The notes below the pieces were generated by a model. The model searched no databases. It was given only the letters and a program-made list of their open reading frames with translations, and was not told the DNA's origin. A DNA stretch of 10,057 bases from a virus. Lineage: Duplodnaviria; Heunggongvirae; Uroviricota; Caudoviricetes. Both the position numbers and the translations under genes were made by a program. The stretch is from positions 1-10,057 of IMG/VR virus record IMGVR_UViG_2734482778_000005; one strand, written 5' to 3'. This document shows, one piece after another, positions 5,867-10,057 of the stretch. The number at the start of each line of letters is the position of its first letter. Within the stretch, counting starts at the first letter, position 1.

Positions 5867-6735
5867 CTCATGTAGTTAGTTTTTCTGGCGGGAGAACATC
5901 TGCATATCTTGTTCACCTGATGGAAGAACAAAGAAAGGCTGGCAATAACGTCTGCTACATCTTTATGGATACCGGTTGCGAACATCCGCTGACATACCGC
6001 TTTATTCGGGAGGTTGTGAAGTTCTGGGGCATACCGCTAACTGTGTTGCAGGTCGATATAAATCCAGAGCTTGGGCAGCCAAATGGTTATACGGAATGGG
6101 AACCAAAGGATATTCAGACACGAATGCCGGTGCTTAAACCGTTTATGGACATGGTAAAAAAATATGGCACGCCATACATCGGCGGCGCATTCTGCACTGA
6201 CAGATTAAAACTCACCCCCTTCACAAAATACTGCGATGACCATTTCGGACGAGGGAATTACATCACATGGCTGGGTATTCGTGCAGACGAACCTCGTAGG
6301 CTGAAACCGAAATCGGGCGTCCGGTATCTTGCCGAGCTATCTGATTTTGATAAGTCGGATGTTATCCGGTGGTGGCATAAACAACCTTTTGATTTGCAAA
6401 TCCCGGAGCACCTCGGGAACTGTGTTTTCTGCATCAAAAAGTCCACGCAAAAGCTGGGGCTTGCATGTAAAGACGAACCTGGTCTGATGCGAGTTTTTAA
6501 TGAGCTGGTTACAGGTAAACACGTCCGGGATGGTCACCGAAAGACAAATAAAGACGTTATGTACCGTGGTCATCTGAGCCTTGACGGGATTGCCAGAATG
6601 TATGCCGACAGCGACTACAGAAATTTGTATCAGGCGATGGTGCAAGCCAGGCGATTCGATACCGGCTCGTGTTCAGGGTCATGTGAAATCTGGGGTGATC
6701 AATTGGAGTTGAAATTCGAAGAGGTGGTGGCATGA
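5857..6735 (+). CDS. PAPS-reductase-like PP-loop ATP-pyrophosphatase family protein, 292 aa
   Basis: N-terminal PP-loop SFSGGRTS (SGGxxS type). The start overlaps the yfdR stop by 10 nt and the stop overlaps the next start (ATGA). It is a long ORF with several Cys residues near the C-terminus. Confidence 0.8.
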   Translation: MCITHVVSFSGGRTSAYLVHLMEEQRKAGNNVCYIFMDTGCEHPLTYRFIREVVKFWGIPLTVLQVDINPELGQPNGYTEWEPKDIQTRMPVLKPFMDMVKKYGTPYIGGAFCTDRLKLTPFTKYCDDHFGRGNYITWLGIRADEPRRLKPKSGVRYLAELSDFDKSDVIRWWHKQPFDLQIPEHLGNCVFCIKKSTQKLGLACKDEPGLMRVFNELVTGKHVRDGHRKTNKDVMYRGHLSLDGIARMYADSDYRNLYQAMVQARRFDTGSCSGSCEIWGDQLELKFEEVVA

Positions 6736-7205
6736 CAACCAAAATTAACTATCAGGCACTGCGTGAGGCGGCAGAAGCAATAAAAATAGTAGCCACACCA
6801 CAAAAATTGCTGGCATTTCGTATGAAAGTCACACCGCAGGTTGTGCTGGCGCTGCTGGATGAGCTGGAAGCAGCAGAGAAGCGAAACGCTGAATTACAAA
6901 GCGAGAATGCATACATCCGCAACCGGTACAAAGAACTGGACCTATTAATCGGGAAAAACATTCTGGTCATGCAGGCTGCCATTATCGAATGGCAGGCAAC
7001 TGGCGACGCTAAGAGCGGACTGGCATGGATTTATAACACACTGTTTGGCCCTGGCGAATTACCGGACGAATCTGAGAAAGATGCTCAGGCCTACTTTAAT
7101 CGCAAATATGCACCGATTGACGAAAAGCTTATGGCGCTTCACAAGTGGTTTTGGGAACAAAGTGAAGCCGAGCGCGCCGCTGGCATTCGCATCAAAGGAG
7201 AGTGA
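6732..7205 (+). CDS. Ea22-like (ead/Ea22 family) phage early protein, 157 aa
   Basis: ATGA overlap with the upstream gene; GAGGTG ribosome-binding site. The N-terminal YQALREAAEA and coiled-coil-like central region resemble Ea22-family prophage proteins from memory. Confidence 0.6.
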   Translation: MTTKINYQALREAAEAIKIVATPQKLLAFRMKVTPQVVLALLDELEAAEKRNAELQSENAYIRNRYKELDLLIGKNILVMQAAIIEWQATGDAKSGLAWIYNTLFGPGELPDESEKDAQAYFNRKYAPIDEKLMALHKWFWEQSEAERAAGIRIKGE

Positions 7206-7206
7206 T

Positions 7207-7470
7207 ATGGCAACTTTGACAAAAAAGGAACAGGCATGGTTGAGCGAATTACAGAACGTTCTTGATCGCTGCCCGTCACCGAAAAAAATTGGTTTTTACA
7301 CCATTGGCGATAAAAACATTTACCTGTATGACCTACGCCGCATGGATGAAATCATGGAGGCTCTTGATAATCGTTCGTCAATGGATTGGTGTGTTGCTGT
7401 CCATGATATGAATGCCGGATTTGAAGAAAAGATTTTGTTCCCCTCGTCAGTTGAAAGCACAGCGGGTTAA
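7207..7470 (+). CDS. Hypothetical phage protein, 87 aa
   Basis: ATG at 7207 is preceded by AGGAG with an 8-nt spacer and starts 1 nt after the upstream TGA. The ORF-track start at 7045 is an in-frame extension overlapping the upstream gene. Confidence 0.6.
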   Translation: MATLTKKEQAWLSELQNVLDRCPSPKKIGFYTIGDKNIYLYDLRRMDEIMEALDNRSSMDWCVAVHDMNAGFEEKILFPSSVESTAG

Positions 7471-7480
7471 GGACTAACAC

Positions 7481-7945
7481 ATGACAACGTTCACCGACAA
7501 AGAACTGATTAAAGAAATCAAAGAGCGCATAGGCAGCCTGCCAGAATTAATCGAAGGCATGGAAGTTTCCATTGATGTAAGCACTTGTGATGCTGATTTA
7601 GGTAATCGCTATTTCGGCACCGTCACCGAGGCGTTAGAACTTGATACAGCCAAGAATGGTTACATCCTCCTGGTTCAGGACGCAGAGCCAAACTTCGATG
7701 TAAATGGCAACTCTCCGGGAACTCCGGATAGTTGGATAAGCTGTAGTGATCGAATGCCTGAAAAGGGCCAGAACGTGCTTATTTCGGTGAATTTCGATAG
7801 CTCTCTGGTTGAACCGCTAATATGCTCCGCACGCTATACCGGAAGCACCTTTCGGCGCGGAGATGCAACGATTAAGCCGGGTAATGGTATTGAGCAAGCA
7901 ACTCACTGGATGCCGCTACCGGAACCGCCGCAGGAGGTGAAGTGA
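7481..7945 (+). CDS. DUF551-family phage protein, 154 aa
   Basis: AAGGA with a 7-nt spacer. The C-terminal segment (WISCSDRMPEKGQNVLI ... HWMPLPEPP) matches the DUF551 pattern as I recall it. Confidence 0.7.
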   Translation: MTTFTDKELIKEIKERIGSLPELIEGMEVSIDVSTCDADLGNRYFGTVTEALELDTAKNGYILLVQDAEPNFDVNGNSPGTPDSWISCSDRMPEKGQNVLISVNFDSSLVEPLICSARYTGSTFRRGDATIKPGNGIEQATHWMPLPEPPQEVK

Positions 7946-8517
7946 TGAACAACTTAATGATCGACCTTGAGACGATGGGGAAAAATAAGGATGCACCGAT
8001 CGTTTCCATTGGCGCGGTGTTCTTCACTCCAGAAACCGGAGACATCGGACAAGAATTCTATACGGTTGTTAGCCTGGAAAGTGCTATGGGGCAAGGAGCT
8101 ACACCTGACGGCGATACCATCCTGTGGTGGTTGAAACAAAGCCCTGAAGCACGAGCTGCAATCTGTATTGATGATACTTTGTCGATCAGCGATGCTCTCT
8201 CAGAACTAAATCATTTCATTAACCGGCACGCAGCCAATACGAAATATTTAAAAGTCTGGGGTAACGGGGCCACCTTCGACAACGTAATTTTACGTGGAGC
8301 TTATGAGCGAGCAGGACAAATCTGCCCGTGGGCATACTGGAATGACCACGATGTACGCACGATCGTTACGCTTGGGCGTTCCATCGGATTCGACCCCAAA
8401 ATGGACATCCCTTTCGATGGCGAACGGCACAACGCCCTAGCCGATGCCCGTCATCAGGCAAAATATGTTTCCGCTATCTGGCAGAAATTAATTCCTGCCA
8501 CCAGCACAGAATTATGA
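7945..8517 (+). CDS. DEDD-type (DnaQ-like) 3'-5' exonuclease, 190 aa
   Basis: Exo I motif IDLETMG, Exo II region WGNGATFDNVIL and Exo III HNALADARH are in the expected order. ATG at 7945 has AGGAGG with a 7-nt spacer; the GTG at 7942 in the ORF track is too close to that site. It overlaps the upstream stop (TGATG). Confidence 0.8.
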   Translation: MNNLMIDLETMGKNKDAPIVSIGAVFFTPETGDIGQEFYTVVSLESAMGQGATPDGDTILWWLKQSPEARAAICIDDTLSISDALSELNHFINRHAANTKYLKVWGNGATFDNVILRGAYERAGQICPWAYWNDHDVRTIVTLGRSIGFDPKMDIPFDGERHNALADARHQAKYVSAIWQKLIPATSTEL

Positions 8518-8553
8518 TTTTCCCGGGTGCAGCCGGTTTTGATGGAGAAAATT

Positions 8554-8826
8554 ATGAATACCTTGTTTTTACTGATGGCTGAATTCAATACCCCTAACAT
8601 TGAACTCTCAGCAGTTAGCCAAAAGTACTTTGGCATGAGTCCAGCCACGGCAGAAGCAAAAGCAAACGCTTGTAAGTTGCCCGTTCCAACATATCGCATC
8701 GGCACATCACAAAAAGCAAAACGTTGCATCAATATTCAGGATCTTGCGGAATACATAGACAAAAGGCGAGAAGAAGGGCGTGCTGAGTGGGAAAGGGTCA
8801 GAACCCATAAACAAAGGCTCATTTAA
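8554..8826 (+). CDS. PrtN-family / excisionase-like small DNA-binding protein, 90 aa
   Basis: ATG at 8554 is preceded by GGAGA. The product (MNTLFLLMAEFNTPNIELSAVSQKYFGMSPATAEAKANACKLPVPTYR...) resembles PrtN/Xis-like proteins from memory. It is the last gene of the rightward operon. Confidence 0.6.
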   Translation: MNTLFLLMAEFNTPNIELSAVSQKYFGMSPATAEAKANACKLPVPTYRIGTSQKAKRCINIQDLAEYIDKRREEGRAEWERVRTHKQRLI

Positions 8827-8834
8827 ATAGAATA

Positions 8835-8866
8835 TGAATAAACCCATCCAAAGATGGGTTTATTCA
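8835..8866. terminator. Perfect 14-bp inverted repeat (TGAATAAACCCATC, loop CAAA, GATGGGTTTATTCA) between convergent genes; candidate bidirectional terminator
   Basis: Read directly. The right arm contains the stop codon of the minus-strand gene. A T-rich run follows on the minus-strand transcript, so it probably works better for the leftward cassette. Confidence 0.5.
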
Positions 8867-9321
8867 TAATGTTGAAGAGCAGCGAGTATCAGTTTTTTAT
8901 GCCGTTTAACCATAGTTTTAGATATCTCAACTGCACATCGAACTTGTCTCATACAATGATCTGTAATGCGACCTTTTAGCACGTCACCATATTGGATGGC
9001 TATTTTCTCTTTAATAATTTCAAGATCGAAAGCAGCATGAGCCTCAATGCAATTAACAAATGAGTCCCATTTAAGAAAATCATGGTCCTCTCTATTAATT
9101 TCGACCTGACAAGCCATAAGATCATTGTTTCTCTTAATAAATTCATTTATATCTGAATTTATTAGAAGAACTAAAAGAGGTTCACAGCAAACAACCACCA
9201 TATATTTTACTTTAGGTGGGGTCGTAAAATCACAATGAAGATACAATACATCACCGGGTGATATACCTCTTTCACGACTAAAATTAGCCTTAAAATCAGG
9301 AGGGAAACAATCACCCAGCAT
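8860..9321 (-). CDS. Hypothetical protein, 153 aa, no family recognised; candidate toxin or effector partner of the upstream Panacea-domain gene
   Basis: ATG at 9321-9319 lies 5 nt after the TGA of the Panacea-domain gene. The ORF track extends to a TTG at 9330, which would give an ATGA-type overlap. AT-rich codon usage differs from the rest of the window. No known motif identified by eye. Confidence 0.65.
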   Translation of the reverse strand: MLGDCFPPDFKANFSRERGISPGDVLYLHCDFTTPPKVKYMVVVCCEPLLVLLINSDINEFIKRNNDLMACQVEINREDHDFLKWDSFVNCIEAHAAFDLEIIKEKIAIQYGDVLKGRITDHCMRQVRCAVEISKTMVKRHKKLILAALQHYE

Positions 9322-9326
9322 AAGTA

Positions 9327-9908
9327 TCAATATCCGTTCTTCAGATAATCCAGTATTAATTTGCTATTTTTTAGCTGTGCAACTATCGATTCCAAAGACA
9401 TCTCACCATTGTGATCTGCCTGTTCCCATGCCGCGTCATGGCTCATGGTTCTGATAGCTTCAAAGGACATGTTTCCAAGCATCGCGATAGACTTATCAAT
9501 ACACTCTAAATCTGAGTCACTAAAAAAGTCTTCATCAGCTTCACGGCTCGGCACAATCGTCATACCTGATACAGAAAATGCTTTTCGCACAGAATCGACA
9601 TCACAACCATTAGGAATGTAACGTCCATCTCCACGAGCAATTTTTATAATATCGTATGTGTTGCTTGCTACAGGCCCATCCTTCATAGCGTTATAGTGAT
9701 CGCCCGTTATGAGGCGTCCAAAACTTTCAAGGTGAAACCTGTCAGCATAATAAAGAATTTTTCCGACATGATAGATATCTGGGATCGGTGCTTTAGAGGC
9801 GACGTACAGAATGGCCTCTAAAGCCTTTTCTGAATCAAACCTTACATTTAGCATCAATACACCCTTCATCCAAACAACATCGTCAAGCTCTGGCAAATGC
9901 AACCGCAT
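9327..9908 (-). CDS. Panacea (DUF4065) domain protein, SocA/GepA-like, 193 aa (possibly 175 aa from an internal ATG at 9854)
   Basis: N-terminal region (EAILYVASKAP-IPDIYHVGKILYYADRFHLESFGRLITGDHYNAMKDGPV) matches the Panacea/COG3600 signature (KLxKLLYYA ... GPV). The C-terminal part (LSDSDLECIDKSIAMLGNMSFEAIRTMSHDAAWEQA) matches the second conserved block. No ribosome-binding site precedes the ATG at 9908; AAGGG precedes the ATG at 9854. Confidence 0.7.
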   Translation of the reverse strand: MRLHLPELDDVVWMKGVLMLNVRFDSEKALEAILYVASKAPIPDIYHVGKILYYADRFHLESFGRLITGDHYNAMKDGPVASNTYDIIKIARGDGRYIPNGCDVDSVRKAFSVSGMTIVPSREADEDFFSDSDLECIDKSIAMLGNMSFEAIRTMSHDAAWEQADHNGEMSLESIVAQLKNSKLILDYLKNGY

Positions 9909-9920
9909 CCGCCTTCTACA

Positions 9921-9950
9921 ATCTTAAAGTCTTCACCTACGCTAGGTCAA
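9921..9950 (-). promoter_or_regulatory. Candidate sigma70 promoter for the leftward two-gene cassette (-35 TTGACC at 9950-9945, 18-nt spacer, -10 TAAGAT at 9926-9921)
   Basis: Hexamers read on the minus strand upstream of the Panacea-domain gene. The -10 matches the consensus at 4 of 6 positions. Weak call. Confidence 0.25.
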
Positions 9951-10057
9951 TTGAAGTGATGAGCAAATGATGCTTTCTAAGAAGAACAGGTTCCCAATAG
10001 GCTCCCACAAAGTGTATAACTACTTGTTTTTCAAAAACGGTACATCCTATCGAGCAT

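Noticed and set aside
5596-6982. Minus-strand ORFs 5596-5781, 6258-6446, 6337-6645, 6557-6742 and 6752-6982
   Set aside because: All antisense to well-supported plus-strand genes of the early operon.
7045-7206. Upstream extension of the 87-aa ORF to 7045
   Set aside because: It would overlap the Ea22-like gene by 160 nt in another frame; the ATG at 7207 has AGGAG and sits right after the upstream stop.
7954-8732. Minus-strand ORFs 7954-8139 and 8454-8732; GTG start at 7942; upstream start at 8527 for the Xis-like gene
   Set aside because: The minus-strand frames are antisense to the exonuclease and Xis-like genes. GTG 7942 is only 4 nt from the AGGAGG site, and the start at 8527 lacks a ribosome-binding site while ATG 8554 has GGAGA.
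1-10057. CRISPR arrays, tRNA or rRNA genes, insertion sequences with terminal inverted repeats, attachment-site direct repeats
   Set aside because: None visible on inspection. The only phased direct repeats are the origin iterons, and the inverted repeats found are operators or terminator-like hairpins.

Overview
This window reads as the immunity and early regions of a lambdoid prophage of the enterobacterial CPS-53/KpLE1 type, drawn inverted relative to the lambda map. From left to right: a leftward replication/early-right operon (partial Dam-like methyltransferase start, a 164-aa PerC-like protein, an O-like initiator with origin iterons inside its coding sequence, an ambiguous small ORF, a CII-like regulator, a Cro-like regulator); a divergent operator/promoter region; a rightward cI-like LexA/S24 repressor with its terminator; a second operator/promoter set (OL/PL-like); then a rightward early-left operon (YfdP-like, YfdQ-like, YfdR-like HD hydrolase, PAPS-reductase-like PP-loop protein, Ea22-like, an 87-aa hypothetical, DUF551, DEDD 3'-5' exonuclease, PrtN/Xis-like). 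The right end holds an AT-richer two-gene leftward cassette: a Panacea (DUF4065)-domain protein followed by a 153-aa protein I cannot place in any family. That cassette is the best candidate for an undescribed toxin-antitoxin or defence module. No rRNA, tRNA, CRISPR array or IS element is visible. All family assignments are from motif recognition by eye, not from searches.
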